Below, piece after piece: positions 8,949 through 19,909 of a stretch of DNA of 64,000 bases; the stretch's first letter is position 1; the number at the start of each line of letters is the position of its first letter. The notes beneath the pieces were generated by a model. The model did no database searches and was not told the origin of the DNA. It was given only the letters and a program-made list of their open reading frames with translations. Made by a program: the position numbers and the translations under genes. The DNA is taken from positions 5,797 through 69,796 of the forward strand of contig CAKPOA010000005.1 of NCBI GenBank assembly GCA_934169575.1, given 5' to 3'. Source of the DNA: an uncultured Clostridia bacterium (GTDB lineage Bacteria; Bacillota; Clostridia; TANB77; CAG-508).

Positions 8949-8962
8949 AAATAATCCTCCAT

Positions 8963-9778
8963 TTAATTTTTCTTTAGGCACTCCATTGCAAGTTTATATT
9001 GCTCTTCACTAGGTGCTTTTCCATGCCATTCTGCTTTATTTTCCATAAAATCTACACCTTTTCCTTTTACAGTTTTTGCAATTATACAAGTTGGCATATT
9101 TTTTGTATTTCTTGCTTGTTCAAAACTTTCTATAATTTCCTTTATACAATGTCCATTTATATTAATAACATTAAACCCAAAATCTGCAAATTTTTTATCA
9201 ATTGGATATGAACTCATAACCTCTTCAATTGTACCATCAATTTGTAAATTATTATTATCAATTATAACACATAAATTATCTAATTTATATTTATTAGATG
9301 TCATTGCAGCTTCCCAAACTTGACCTTCTTCAATTTCACCATCACCTAGAATACAATAAACCCTATAATCTTTTTTATCAAGTTTAGCAGATATAGCCAT
9401 TCCATTTGCAACAGATAATCCCTGTCCTAAAGAACCTGAAGACATATCAACTCCAGGAACTTTATTCATATCAGGATGTCCTTGTAAATTACTGTTTATA
9501 TTTCTAAAAGTTTTTAATTTTTCTTTTTCAAAAAAACCTCTTTCAGCCAAACTTGCATAAAGTGCAGGTGTACAATGACCTTTTGATAAAACAAGTCTAT
9601 CTCTTTCTTCCCATTTAGGATTATTTTCATCTATATTTAATTCTTTAAAATATAATACTGTCATTATATCAGCAATTGATAATGAACCACCTAAATGTCC
9701 AGATTTTGCACTATATACTTGTTCAATTATATTTTTTCTAATTTGCCTTGCTTTTTCTTCAAAATCAACAATATCCAT
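8963..9778 (-). CDS. Transketolase, N-terminal subunit (split type)
   Basis: SGHLGGSLSIADIM, SKGHCTPALYA and GDGEIEEGQVWEA are TPP-binding motifs. At 271 aa this is the N-terminal half of a split transketolase. Confidence 0.85.
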   Translation of the reverse strand: MDIVDFEEKARQIRKNIIEQVYSAKSGHLGGSLSIADIMTVLYFKELNIDENNPKWEERDRLVLSKGHCTPALYASLAERGFFEKEKLKTFRNINSNLQGHPDMNKVPGVDMSSGSLGQGLSVANGMAISAKLDKKDYRVYCILGDGEIEEGQVWEAAMTSNKYKLDNLCVIIDNNNLQIDGTIEEVMSSYPIDKKFADFGFNVININGHCIKEIIESFEQARNTKNMPTCIIAKTVKGKGVDFMENKAEWHGKAPSEEQYKLAMECLKKN

Positions 9779-9795
9779 TTTCGTACCTCTTTAAT

Positions 9796-10272
9796 TTATT
9801 TTTTTATAGCAAGAATTTTATATTTTATAATTCCAGCAGGTGCATTAACTTCAACTATTTCACCTTTTTTAGCCCCTAATAGAGCTTTTCCAAGTGGAGA
9901 TTCGTTTGAAATTTTATTTTCTGCTAAACTTACTTCTGTTGACCCAACAATTGTATAATCTATGTCTTCATCAAATTCAATATCATGTACTTTAACTGTA
10001 TTACCAATTTGTACTGTTTTTGTATCGATTTCGCTTTCATCAATAATCTTTGCATTTCTTAATTTTGCTTCTAATTCAGCAATTTTAACTTCGTTTTCAG
10101 CTTGAGCACCTTTTGCCTCATCATATTCAGCATTTTCTGATAAATCTCCAAAACCTAAAGCAACTTTAATTCTTTCAGCAATCGCAGTTCTTTCTTCAGT
10201 TTTAAGATAATTTAATTCTTGTTCTAATTTATTATATCCTTCTTGAGTTAATATAACCTCTTTTTCTTCCAT
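9796..10272 (-). CDS. greA: Transcription elongation factor GreA
   Basis: [18 protein letters not shown]...[25 protein letters not shown] matches the GreA family. Start placed at the ATG at 10272, 9 nt after AGGAAGG. Confidence 0.9.
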   Translation of the reverse strand: MEEKEVILTQEGYNKLEQELNYLKTEERTAIAERIKVALGFGDLSENAEYDEAKGAQAENEVKIAELEAKLRNAKIIDESEIDTKTVQIGNTVKVHDIEFDEDIDYTIVGSTEVSLAENKISNESPLGKALLGAKKGEIVEVNAPAGIIKYKILAIKK

Positions 10273-10277
10273 TTTTT

Positions 10278-10943
10278 TCATCCTTCCTGTTTAATATTTT
10301 TATTATTTTTTAAATATTCGTTTCTTTTGTTTTCAAAAATACAAGTTAAAAATAGTATGATTACGAAATATAGTCCAATGCTTAATGCTATAGCCAATCT
10401 TCCAAATGGAATTCTCACTATAGCCATAATGCTATACATTAATATCTCAGCAATTATTGGATATAGTATTGTTTTTGCCATAACAACTTTCCAACCTAAT
10501 TTTCTAAATCTTATTAAGAAATATATTAAAACCACACCAAGTGTAATTGCACCTGGAACAATAAAATGTTTAATAACATCTTTTACTCTTGTAAATGGTA
10601 TATATTTTATTGTTACATCTTCAGATTTAACATCTTCTTCATATTTTTCATTAAATTTTTCAACTATACGATCTCTTTGTTCATCAGACATTTCTTCAGA
10701 AACAATTGCTACATAATTTCCAAAAGTTTCAACTTTTTGAACAAAATGTCTTGTATTTCCTAATACTTCTGATGCAATTTGTTCAATATCAGATACTTCA
10801 ATTCCAGTATTATTACTTAATTCAATTTGGTATCTTGATGAATATTGTAATTCTGTATTAAACCCCTTTGAATCCCAAACAGCAATTCCAGCAATAATTA
10901 TTAAACAAATTATTATATATATTATTATATTTTTTGTTTTCAT
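10278..10943 (-). CDS. Membrane protein, SecF-like (divergent, short)
   Basis: N-terminal TM segment, a ~100-aa extracytoplasmic domain, then 3-4 TM segments. It sits immediately downstream of a SecD-like gene. The call rests on topology and order only. Confidence 0.35.
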   Translation of the reverse strand: MKTKNIIIYIIICLIIIAGIAVWDSKGFNTELQYSSRYQIELSNNTGIEVSDIEQIASEVLGNTRHFVQKVETFGNYVAIVSEEMSDEQRDRIVEKFNEKYEEDVKSEDVTIKYIPFTRVKDVIKHFIVPGAITLGVVLIYFLIRFRKLGWKVVMAKTILYPIIAEILMYSIMAIVRIPFGRLAIALSIGLYFVIILFLTCIFENKRNEYLKNNKNIKQEG

Positions 10944-10964
10944 TTTTTCCCTCCTAGTTTTCCA

Positions 10965-12455
10965 TTAGTTATTTACTATATTTCTTGTTACAATAAAATT
11001 ATATAGTAATATTAATGCAATACCCCAAAACATTGTCATTCCAAATGTTACAAGTATTGACCATTTTGTAAAACAAAATATAATTGAAATAGCTAATGCA
11101 GGTATTACTTTTGCAATCATATTTAAATATTTTTTATTATATGATTTTTTATCATCATTTTCTGTTTTTAGTAAATTTATATTAAATACATAATTTAATC
11201 CTAGAGCAATAATTATTGCAACAATACTTTCTATAGATATTTGAACATTTGTATATCTTAATATTAATGAATAAACTGCTACTAAACCGATAAAGCATAT
11301 TGCTGATATAAATCCTTTTGATTTATATTTTATTATCATATATATTAATAAAATTCCAAATATAACTAATAAACTAATTATTACTTTATTTATAATATCA
11401 CTTGAAATATCTGTTGTTACATATTTGTTTTCATTTAATGTATAAGAAATTGGTAAAGCTCCATTGTCTAATAATATAGCAACTTTTGAAGCAGAGTTAA
11501 AATAATCAGATATTTTTGAATTATCTGTAGTTGCAGAATTCATTGTCAAATCAATTTTACCATCTTTCATTGGCTCATCAAAACTTGTTGATAATATTTT
11601 ACTTCCTGAAATCATAAGATCAATTTTACTTTGTTCTTTCTTGTTATCTTCACTTGAGCTTTCTTCATCACTTTTATTTGTTTCGTCTGTAGTATTTTCA
11701 TCTTCAGTTGTATTTGTATCTTCTGTAGTATTTTCATCTTCAGTTGTATTTGTATTTTCAGTTGTGTTTGTATTTTCTTCTGAAGATGTATCTTCACTAC
11801 TCTCTTTTAATGTTGCATATTTATTTGTACTTAAATCTTCTAATATTTTTGTTCCTTCTTTATTTAATTGTATTTCTAAGAAAACAACAGTACCATTTTT
11901 TGTTTGGTTATACATTACTTTTGCAGATTTCAAATGGCTATTGTCAATATATACTGTTCCATCATTTGAATCTTTAATTTGAAAATCTCCAACTTCTTTT
12001 ATATTACTAACTATATTATCGGCTTTCTCATCTTCAGGCACTTGAAGATAAACTTTTCCACTTTGCTTATCTACACTAATATTATACTCTTCAACACCTA
12101 ATCCTGCTAATCTTTTTTCAAATATTTTTTGAACTTTATCAAAATTCTCTTCATTCAATATATCATCACTATTAACTTTTTCCTCAGATTTTGTATATTT
12201 ATTGCTTTCAATTGTTGAATCATCAATAGAATCTGTATTACCAACAACATTGCCACTTTCATCTAAAACTTTTGTAGCATTACTTACATCAAATGTAATT
12301 TCTCTATATCCAGTTAAATCTTTACTTTTTGCATAATCTTTTACTACATTTTCCATTTTATTTAATTTTTGGTTATATATTCCTACAAAAGATATTAAAC
12401 ATATTGTAATTATTGCTAAAATTTTTGTAACTAATTTTAATTTTTTATATTTCAT
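10965..12455 (-). CDS. Membrane protein, SecD-like topology with an acidic Thr/Asn/Glu-rich insert
   Basis: N-terminal TM segment, a ~330-aa extracytoplasmic region including TNTTENTNTTEDENTTEDTNTTEDENTTDE, then 5 C-terminal TM segments. I did not find the canonical SecD LGLDLxGG motif. Confidence 0.35.
   Translation of the reverse strand: MKYKKLKLVTKILAIITICLISFVGIYNQKLNKMENVVKDYAKSKDLTGYREITFDVSNATKVLDESGNVVGNTDSIDDSTIESNKYTKSEEKVNSDDILNEENFDKVQKIFEKRLAGLGVEEYNISVDKQSGKVYLQVPEDEKADNIVSNIKEVGDFQIKDSNDGTVYIDNSHLKSAKVMYNQTKNGTVVFLEIQLNKEGTKILEDLSTNKYATLKESSEDTSSEENTNTTENTNTTEDENTTEDTNTTEDENTTDETNKSDEESSSEDNKKEQSKIDLMISGSKILSTSFDEPMKDGKIDLTMNSATTDNSKISDYFNSASKVAILLDNGALPISYTLNENKYVTTDISSDIINKVIISLLVIFGILLIYMIIKYKSKGFISAICFIGLVAVYSLILRYTNVQISIESIVAIIIALGLNYVFNINLLKTENDDKKSYNKKYLNMIAKVIPALAISIIFCFTKWSILVTFGMTMFWGIALILLYNFIVTRNIVNN
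11687..11790. repeat. In-frame 36-nt tandem duplication plus degenerate copies inside the SecD-like gene
   Basis: CTGTAGTATTTTCATCTTCAGTTGTATTTGTAT occurs at 11687-11719 and again at 11723-11755. Related GTTGT(A/G)TTTGTATTTTC units follow. Confidence 0.8.
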
Positions 12456-13530
12456 TTCTATATTCCTTTCTTGACAAAATACTCTCTAAAGTATTTTCTA
12501 CATTTTTATTATATTCTCGGACATTAAACGGATTTCTTATGTAATAACCATTATTTATAAATTTCTCCATTGATTTATAAATTCCCTCAATATTTTTAGT
12601 TGTAACTATACCTCTACCATTTTGAATATCTTCAAAATCAGAAATATTTGTAGTTATTATAGGTTTATTTAAAATATAGCTTTCTAAAAATACCACTGGA
12701 TATCCCTCATAATCCGAAGAAAGTACTACACAATTTGAAATTTTGTAATATGGATATGGATTTTCTTTTTTTCCAACAAAAATAATTTTATCTTGCAAAT
12801 TATTTTTGTTAACAATTTTTTTATATTTTTTTGTATCTTTACCATCACCCACAAAAATAATTCTAAATTCATAATTTCTATTTTTTAGTTTTTTTGCAGC
12901 TCCTATAATTCTTGTTAATTTTTTTTGTTTTTCATCATGTCTTCCCACATTTAAAAAAGTAACAATATTGGGATCATATTTAAGATTTATTTTTTCCTCA
13001 GATTGTTTGTATATTTTGTTATAATTAATCAAATTATTACAATAATAAGTATTTTTCTGTTCAGGAAATACACTTAAAAAAGTTTTTTGAGCTTGTTTTG
13101 AAACAAATACAATTTTAGAAAAATAATCATAATATAATTTCTCAAAAAATTCTTTTACTTTTGATTTATTTCCATCAAATAAACTTAAATAATCTGCATG
13201 GCACCATAAAATAGAATTTTTAGATGCCATTCTTGCAACAAAAGAACCAGATTTTAAATATGTTGCAAATGATATTGATGTATCAAATTTATTATAATAT
13301 TTAAATAAAAAACCTAATCTATTAAACAAATTTACAATTTTAAACCTGCTGGGTGTATAGCAAACAATTTTGACTTTATCACTTATTTCATCTAAAAGCT
13401 CTCCTTTTTTTTCTTCAAGAATTAATGTAACATCATAATTATTTGCTATAAGATAATTGATTAAGTTAATCAATGCTTTTTCTATCCCACCTATTTTTAA
13501 ATCTCTTGCTGAAAGTAAAATTTTATTCAC
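12445..13530 (-). CDS. Glycosyltransferase, GT4/GT1 family
   Basis: GT-B C-terminal signature SSDYEGYPVVFLESYILNKPIITT (E-x7-E), 361 aa. Confidence 0.7.
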   Translation of the reverse strand: MNKILLSARDLKIGGIEKALINLINYLIANNYDVTLILEEKKGELLDEISDKVKIVCYTPSRFKIVNLFNRLGFLFKYYNKFDTSISFATYLKSGSFVARMASKNSILWCHADYLSLFDGNKSKVKEFFEKLYYDYFSKIVFVSKQAQKTFLSVFPEQKNTYYCNNLINYNKIYKQSEEKINLKYDPNIVTFLNVGRHDEKQKKLTRIIGAAKKLKNRNYEFRIIFVGDGKDTKKYKKIVNKNNLQDKIIFVGKKENPYPYYKISNCVVLSSDYEGYPVVFLESYILNKPIITTNISDFEDIQNGRGIVTTKNIEGIYKSMEKFINNGYYIRNPFNVREYNKNVENTLESILSRKEYRNEI

Positions 13531-13580
13531 ATCTATCCCTTTAATATATCATATTTAGATTTTAGGAGCAATCTATAAAC

Positions 13581-14600
13581 CTATCTTTTTAGTTTATTCA
13601 TTTGTTCAACATAATTCCATGAATCACGACACATATCTTCTAATGTTTTTTCTGCAACCCATCCTAATTCTTCTTTAGCCTTTGTTGGATCTGCAAAACA
13701 TATTGCCAAATCTCCAGGTCTTCTACCTACAATTTCATATGGTACATCTATATTATTTACTTCTTCAAATGCTTTTACTATTTCAAGAACAGTATATGGT
13801 GTTCCAGTTCCAAGATTATATATATATATGCCAGATTTTTCCTTTTCTAATTTTTCTAATGCTTTTAAATGTCCTTTTGCTAAATCTACAACATGTATAT
13901 AATCTCTAGCACCTGTACCATCTTTTGTACCTTCATAATCATTTCCAAAAACATTAAGATGATCTAATTCTCTATTTGCAACTTTCATTATATATGGCAT
14001 TAAATTATTAGGTATTCCTTGTGGTTCTTCTCCAATTAATCCACTTTCATGTGCACCAATAGGATTAAAATATCTCAAAATTGCTATATTCCATTCATTA
14101 TCTGCTTTATAAACATCTTCTAATATAACTTCAATCATTGATTTAGTTGTTCCATATGGATTAGTAGTTTCTCCTCTTTTCATATTTTCTGTATATTGAT
14201 AACTATCTTGTATTCCATAAATTGTAGCTGATGAACTAAATACAAATTTTTTGACATTATATTTTTCCATAGTTTGTAATAGAACAATTAATCCTGAAAC
14301 ATTATTATAATAATATTTCAAAGGTAATTTAGAAGATTCTCCAACAGCTTTAAATCCTGCAAAATTCATTACAACATCAATTTTATTTTCTTCAAAAACC
14401 TTTTCAAGCTTTTGCCTTTCTAAATAATTTATTTCATAAAATTTAAAATCTTTACCTGTTATTTTTTTTATTCTTTCTAAAACATCTGGTTTACTATTTG
14501 AAAAATCATCAATTATTACAACATCTTTTCCAGAATTTAAAAGTTCCACAACAGTATGACTTCCTATATATCCTGCCCCTCCAGTTACTAATATTGACAT
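13581..14600 (-). CDS. galE: UDP-glucose 4-epimerase
   Basis: MSILVTGGAGYIGSHT Rossmann motif, SSSATIYG, YGTTK catalytic motif, 339 aa. Confidence 0.9.
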   Translation of the reverse strand: MSILVTGGAGYIGSHTVVELLNSGKDVVIIDDFSNSKPDVLERIKKITGKDFKFYEINYLERQKLEKVFEENKIDVVMNFAGFKAVGESSKLPLKYYYNNVSGLIVLLQTMEKYNVKKFVFSSSATIYGIQDSYQYTENMKRGETTNPYGTTKSMIEVILEDVYKADNEWNIAILRYFNPIGAHESGLIGEEPQGIPNNLMPYIMKVANRELDHLNVFGNDYEGTKDGTGARDYIHVVDLAKGHLKALEKLEKEKSGIYIYNLGTGTPYTVLEIVKAFEEVNNIDVPYEIVGRRPGDLAICFADPTKAKEELGWVAEKTLEDMCRDSWNYVEQMNKLKR

Positions 14601-14616
14601 AAAGTTACCACCTTTC

Positions 14617-16056
14617 TTATTTTTTTAGTTCCTTAATAAATAATTTATTTAATAATTGAGGATTAGCTTTTCCTTTTGTAGCTTTCATAGCTTGACCTAC
14701 TAAAAATCCTAATGCTTTTTCTTTTCCTGCTTTAAAATCAGCTACAGATTGAGGATTTGCATTTAATATTTGAATAACAACTTCTTTTATAGCACTTTCA
14801 TCAGAAATTTGAGCCCAACCTTTTTCTTTAACAATATCTTCTGGTTCTCTTGGATTTTCAAACAATTCCTCAATAACCTTTTTTCCAATACTTGAACTAA
14901 TTGTGCCTTTATCAATAATCATTACTAAATGTGCTAATTGTTCAGCAGTAAAAGGTATTTGAGATGGTTCTATCTCTTTTTCATTTAAAATTCTTGATAT
15001 ATCAGAAATTATCCAATTACTTACAGCTTTATAGTTTCCACATATTTCAGATGCTTTTTCAAATAAATCTGATAAGAATTTTGATGCAACTATAATTTTT
15101 GTATCTTTTTCACTTAATTTATATTTGTTTAAATATCTTTCTCTTCTACTTTCTGGTAATTCTGGCAAATTATTTTTTATATTTTCAATATATTCATCAG
15201 GCAATTTTATTGCAACTAAATCTGGTTCTGGGAAATATCTGTAATCTTGAGCATCTTCTTTATCTCTCATAACAAATGTCTTTCCAGATACATCATCCCA
15301 TCTTAAAGATTCTTGTTCTACTTGTTTACCATCTTCTATTAAATCAATTTGTCTATCTATTTCATATTCAATTCCTCTTGTGATACTTCTAAAAGAGTTC
15401 ATATTTTTCATTTCTGTACGTGTACCAAGTTTTGTATCATCAACTTTTTTTACAGAAACATTGACATCTGCTCTAAATGATCCTTCTTGCATTTTGCAAT
15501 CAGAAACTTCTATATATTCTAATATAGATTTTAATTTTCTTAAATATGCTTCAACTTCTTCACTTGATGATAAATCTGGTTCAGAAACAATTTCTATAAG
15601 TGGTACACCAGCTCTGTTTAAATCAACTAAACTTCCTCCTCCAAAATCATCATGATTTAATTTTCCAGCATCTTCTTCAATGTGAATTCTTAAAATTCTT
15701 ATTTTCTTTTTACCATTTTTTGTATCTATTTCAATATATCCATGTTCACATAAAGGTTTATCAAACTGAGATATTTGATATGATTTTGGTAAATCTGGAT
15801 AATAATAATTTTTTCTATCATTTTTACTATTTTTAGAAATTGTACAATTTGTAGCCAATCCAGCTTTTACTGCATATTCAACCACTTTCTCATTTAAAAC
15901 TGGTAATGTACCTGGCATTGCCATACAAATTGGACAAGTATTTGTATTTGGTGCTGCTCCAAATGTTGTTGGACAACTACAAAATATTTTTGTTTTTGTA
16001 GATAATTCTGCGTGTACTTCAAGTCCTATTACTGATTCATATTTTTCTCTTGACAT
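14617..16056 (-). CDS. gatB: Asp/Glu-tRNA amidotransferase subunit B
   Basis: YESVIGLEVHAELSTKTKIFC...DLNRAGVPLIEIVSEPD matches the GatB family, in gatCAB order. Confidence 0.95.
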   Translation of the reverse strand: MSREKYESVIGLEVHAELSTKTKIFCSCPTTFGAAPNTNTCPICMAMPGTLPVLNEKVVEYAVKAGLATNCTISKNSKNDRKNYYYPDLPKSYQISQFDKPLCEHGYIEIDTKNGKKKIRILRIHIEEDAGKLNHDDFGGGSLVDLNRAGVPLIEIVSEPDLSSSEEVEAYLRKLKSILEYIEVSDCKMQEGSFRADVNVSVKKVDDTKLGTRTEMKNMNSFRSITRGIEYEIDRQIDLIEDGKQVEQESLRWDDVSGKTFVMRDKEDAQDYRYFPEPDLVAIKLPDEYIENIKNNLPELPESRRERYLNKYKLSEKDTKIIVASKFLSDLFEKASEICGNYKAVSNWIISDISRILNEKEIEPSQIPFTAEQLAHLVMIIDKGTISSSIGKKVIEELFENPREPEDIVKEKGWAQISDESAIKEVVIQILNANPQSVADFKAGKEKALGFLVGQAMKATKGKANPQLLNKLFIKELKK

Positions 16057-16074
16057 AATTTTTCCTTTCCGAAT

Positions 16075-17547
16075 TTATTTTTTAAATTCTGGTTTATATT
16101 TTTCTCTAAATTTAAATTCTTTTTCAAAAGCATAAGCTGTATTAAGAATTTTTTCTTCCTGAAATTTATTTCCAATAATTTGCATTCCAATTGGCATTCC
16201 ATCACTATCAACACCACAAGGAATAGATATGCCTGGAAGTCCTGCAATATTTACAGAAACTGTACAAATATCTGCTAAATACATTTCTAAAGGATTTCCT
16301 GATTTTTCTCCTATTCCAAATGCAACAGTTGGTGAAGTTGGAACAAGAATAACATCATATTTTTCAAATCCTTTATTAAATTCATTTACAACCATTGTAC
16401 GAACTTGTTGAGCTTTTTTGTAATATGCATCATAATAACCAGATGATAATACATAAGTACCAAGAATAATTCTTCTTTTTACTTCATCTCCAAATCCTTC
16501 GCTTCTAGATTTTTTATATAACTCTTTTAAATTTTTATATTCTTTTGCTCTATAAGTATATCTTATACCATCAAATCTTCCAAGGTTTGAACTTGCTTCA
16601 GCACATGCAATTATATAATAAGTTGCTAATGAATATTTTGCAACATCTAACGAAAATTCTTCAACCTCTGCCCCTAAATTTTTATAAACTTCAATTGCAT
16701 TTTCTAAAGATTTTTTCACCTCTGGATTTATTCCTTCTCCAAAAAATTCTTTAGCAATTCCAATTTTTATTCCTTTTACATTTCCATTAAGTACTGATAC
16801 ATAATCTTTTTTAGGAACATTTGCAGATGTAGTATCTTTTTTATCATGACCTGCTATTAAATTTAATAACATAGCAGCATCTTTTACATCTTTAGTTATT
16901 GGTCCTATTTGGTCAAGTGATGATGCAAATGCAACTAAACCATATCTTGAAACTAAACCATATGTTGGTTTTAATCCAACTACACCACAAAAACTTGCAG
17001 GTTGTCTAATTGATCCACCAGTATCACTTCCTAATGCCCATGGTACCATATTACTTGCAACAGCAGCTGCACTTCCTCCAGAAGATCCTCCAGGAACTTT
17101 AGATAAATTCCATGGGTTTCTAGTTTTCTTAAAATATGATGTTTCTGTAGAACCACCCATTGCAAATTCATCCATATTTAATTTTCCCAAATTAATAATA
17201 TTTTCATTATTTAATTTTTCAATAACTGTAGCATTATATGGTGATATAAAATTTTCAAGCATTTTTGAACTGCATGTTGTTTTGGTTCCTTTTGTGCAAA
17301 TATTATCTTTTATACCTATTGGTATACCTGCAAACTCACCTTTTAATTCACCATTTTTCAATTTTTCTTCTATCTCTTCGGCTTTTTTTTGTGCTTCATC
17401 TGTAAATGTTGTAATAAAAGCTTGAACCTCAGGTTCTTTTTCATTTATTCTATTTATATATGCTTCATTTATCTGTTTGATTGTAATTTCTTTATTTGCC
17501 AATTTTTCTTGTAATTCATGTACAGTTAAATCTGTTAAATCGCCCAT
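16075..17547 (-). CDS. gatA: Asp/Glu-tRNA amidotransferase subunit A
   Basis: Amidase signature [13 protein letters not shown]...[16 protein letters not shown]. Confidence 0.95.
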   Translation of the reverse strand: MGDLTDLTVHELQEKLANKEITIKQINEAYINRINEKEPEVQAFITTFTDEAQKKAEEIEEKLKNGELKGEFAGIPIGIKDNICTKGTKTTCSSKMLENFISPYNATVIEKLNNENIINLGKLNMDEFAMGGSTETSYFKKTRNPWNLSKVPGGSSGGSAAAVASNMVPWALGSDTGGSIRQPASFCGVVGLKPTYGLVSRYGLVAFASSLDQIGPITKDVKDAAMLLNLIAGHDKKDTTSANVPKKDYVSVLNGNVKGIKIGIAKEFFGEGINPEVKKSLENAIEVYKNLGAEVEEFSLDVAKYSLATYYIIACAEASSNLGRFDGIRYTYRAKEYKNLKELYKKSRSEGFGDEVKRRIILGTYVLSSGYYDAYYKKAQQVRTMVVNEFNKGFEKYDVILVPTSPTVAFGIGEKSGNPLEMYLADICTVSVNIAGLPGISIPCGVDSDGMPIGMQIIGNKFQEEKILNTAYAFEKEFKFREKYKPEFKK

Positions 17548-17562
17548 TTTTCTTCCTCCTTA

Positions 17563-17853
17563 TTATAAAACTTTTGGTATTTTAAACATATTTGATTCTT
17601 TACTTACAGCATTTTGTAATAAAGCTTCATTATCTTCAAATACTTCAACTTCATCTTTTCTAAATACATTTTTTGCTTCATTTGCACCAATTGTAACATC
17701 TAGACCTTCTACAGGTGCATTATTTACAATATTTGCAAAATCTAAAATTTCTTCCAAATTTCCTAAATATTTATCTATTTCATTTTCTTTTAGTTCTAAT
17801 TGCGCTAAATTTGCAATGTGTAATAGTTCTTCTTTACTTACTTTCATTTTCAA
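17563..17853 (-). CDS. gatC: Asp/Glu-tRNA amidotransferase subunit C
   Basis: 96-aa ORF (VSKEELLHIANLAQLELKENEIDKY) located between aspS and gatA. Confidence 0.9.
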   Translation of the reverse strand: MKMKVSKEELLHIANLAQLELKENEIDKYLGNLEEILDFANIVNNAPVEGLDVTIGANEAKNVFRKDEVEVFEDNEALLQNAVSKESNMFKIPKVL

Positions 17854-17883
17854 TCACTTTCCTTTCTTTTTCAAATATGCCTT

Positions 17884-19641
17884 CTATTCTTTTTCAATAC
17901 TAATATGAACTTCTCTTAATTGTTCTCTGCTAACACCACCAGGTGCTCCCATCATAACATCTTCAGCTCTACTATTTAATGGAAAAGCAATTACTTCACG
18001 AATTGTTTCTGCATTAGTTAAAATCATTAACATTCTATCAAAACCAGGTGCTATACCAGCATGTGGAGGAGCTCCAAATTGGAATGCATTAAATAATGCT
18101 CCAAATTTTGTTTCAATATCTTGTTTTGTATATCCAACTTTTTCAAATGCTTTTATCATTATATCAATATCATGATTTCTTACAGCACCAGATGCAAGTT
18201 CTATACCATTACATACTATATCATATTGATAAGCTAAAATTTCTAATGGATTTTGATTTTCTAAAGCTTCCATTCCCCCTTGTGGCATTGAAAATGGATT
18301 ATGCGAAAAGTCTATTTTTTCTTCATCATTTATTTCATACATTGGAAAATCAACAATCCAGCAAAATTCAACTCTATTTTCATCTATTAATCCTAATCTT
18401 TTACCAAGTTCATCTCTAATTTGACCTGCAAGTCTTTCGACAACTCCAGGAACTTCTGCAATAAAGAATAAACAATCTCCAGGTTTTGAATTTGTTCTTT
18501 TAAGCATTTCAATTCTTGCATCATCTGGAATAAGTTTTGCAATTGGTCCTTGGAAACTTTCATCTTCCATAATTCTAAGCCATGCTAGTCCTTTTGCTTT
18601 CAAATCTTTTATTGCATAATCTGTCATTCCTTCAAAGAAACTACGTGGTTGATCTGCAACATCATGTGTTGAAATTATTCTTACTATTTTTCCAGCAAAT
18701 GCTCTTAAATCTATATTTTCAAAAACATCTGTTACATCTACTATTTCTAATGGATTTCTCAAATCTGGTTTATCTGTTCCATATTTTAACATAGCATCTC
18801 TATATTTAATTCTTGGAAACGGATATTTTGTAACTTTTTTATCTGAAAATTTTGTAAATGTGTTATACATAACCGGCTCTATTACAGAAAAAACATCTTC
18901 TTGTGTTGCATATGCCATTTCCATATCTAATTGATAAAATTCACCAGGAGCTCTATCTGCTCTTGCATCTTCATCTCTAAAACATGGTGCAATTTGAAAA
19001 TATTTATCAATTCCAGATACCATTAACAATTGTTTAAATTGTTGTGGTGCTTGAGGAAGAGCATAAAATTTTCCTTTATGAACCCTACTTGGTACTAAAT
19101 AATCTCTAGCACCCTCTGGTGATGAACTTGTAAGTATTGGTGTCTGAACTTCTAAAAATCCTTGTTTTATCATTTCTTGTCTTAAAAACTGTAATACTTT
19201 AGCTCTTAATATTAAATTTTGTTTTAATTTATCACTTCTTAAATCTAAAAACCTATATTTTAATCTTAAATCTTCTCGGATATCTTGATTACTATTTACC
19301 TCAAATGGTAAATTTTTTGTTCTTTTTCCTAAAATTTTTATTTCTTCAATAAAAATTTCAACTTTCCCTGTTTTTATTTTTAAATTTACTGTGTCTTCAC
19401 TTCTTTTTCTAACTGTTCCATATACTGTTACAGATGATTCTAATGGAATATGTGATGCAAAATCCACATCTTCTGCATCAGCAGATGTTACAACTTGTGT
19501 AATTCCATACATATCTCTAATATCTAAAAATACCACTCCACCTAAATCACGAATTGTATCTACAAACCCAGCAATTCTAACTTTTTTTCCAACATCCTCT
19601 AAACTTATTTCATCACATTTATGTGTTCTGTATTCTTCCAT
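17884..19641 (-). CDS. aspS: Aspartyl-tRNA synthetase (probably non-discriminating, given the fused gatCAB)
   Basis: 585-aa bacterial-type AspRS with FYALPQAPQQFKQLLM, FRDEDARADR and GFDRMLM class II motifs. Confidence 0.95.
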   Translation of the reverse strand: MEEYRTHKCDEISLEDVGKKVRIAGFVDTIRDLGGVVFLDIRDMYGITQVVTSADAEDVDFASHIPLESSVTVYGTVRKRSEDTVNLKIKTGKVEIFIEEIKILGKRTKNLPFEVNSNQDIREDLRLKYRFLDLRSDKLKQNLILRAKVLQFLRQEMIKQGFLEVQTPILTSSSPEGARDYLVPSRVHKGKFYALPQAPQQFKQLLMVSGIDKYFQIAPCFRDEDARADRAPGEFYQLDMEMAYATQEDVFSVIEPVMYNTFTKFSDKKVTKYPFPRIKYRDAMLKYGTDKPDLRNPLEIVDVTDVFENIDLRAFAGKIVRIISTHDVADQPRSFFEGMTDYAIKDLKAKGLAWLRIMEDESFQGPIAKLIPDDARIEMLKRTNSKPGDCLFFIAEVPGVVERLAGQIRDELGKRLGLIDENRVEFCWIVDFPMYEINDEEKIDFSHNPFSMPQGGMEALENQNPLEILAYQYDIVCNGIELASGAVRNHDIDIMIKAFEKVGYTKQDIETKFGALFNAFQFGAPPHAGIAPGFDRMLMILTNAETIREVIAFPLNSRAEDVMMGAPGGVSREQLREVHISIEKE

Positions 19642-19687
19642 TTTTACCCCCTAAAAATTATATTTTGCATATGGCTTTCAAAATACA

Positions 19688-19890
19688 AAAAAAGCCCACT
19701 GCATCAATGCAGGGACGAATATATATCCGCGGTGCCACCCTAACTTGAAAATTTTACATTCTAAAATTTTCCACTTTAAATCTATTTGCTCAAATGTGTT
19801 TCGATTATTATGTTTTCTAAAAGGGTTTCCAGCCTCGACCCTTACTCTCTATTAGTAACCTTTAATATCTTTGCATTCTCATCGCATTTC
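19688..19890 (-). promoter_or_regulatory. T-box riboswitch leader of aspS-gatCAB
   Basis: Minus-strand elements found:
- GCGATGAGAA, the stem I base (GA motif).
- AGAGAGT, the AG bulge.
- CTGGAAA, the distal loop.
- The T-box sequence GGGTGGCACCGCGG (19727-19740).
- The terminator CCCTGCATTGATGCAGTGGGCTTTTTTT (19688-19716). Confidence 0.8.
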
Positions 19891-19909
19891 TTATTTTATT
19901 ATCTTTCCT

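Noticed and set aside
11612-11982. ORFs 11612..11797 (-), 11641..11982 (+) and 11744..11977 (+)
   Set aside because: These are alternative frames through the acidic tandem-repeat region of the SecD-like gene, and their repetitive translations are artefacts of the repeat.
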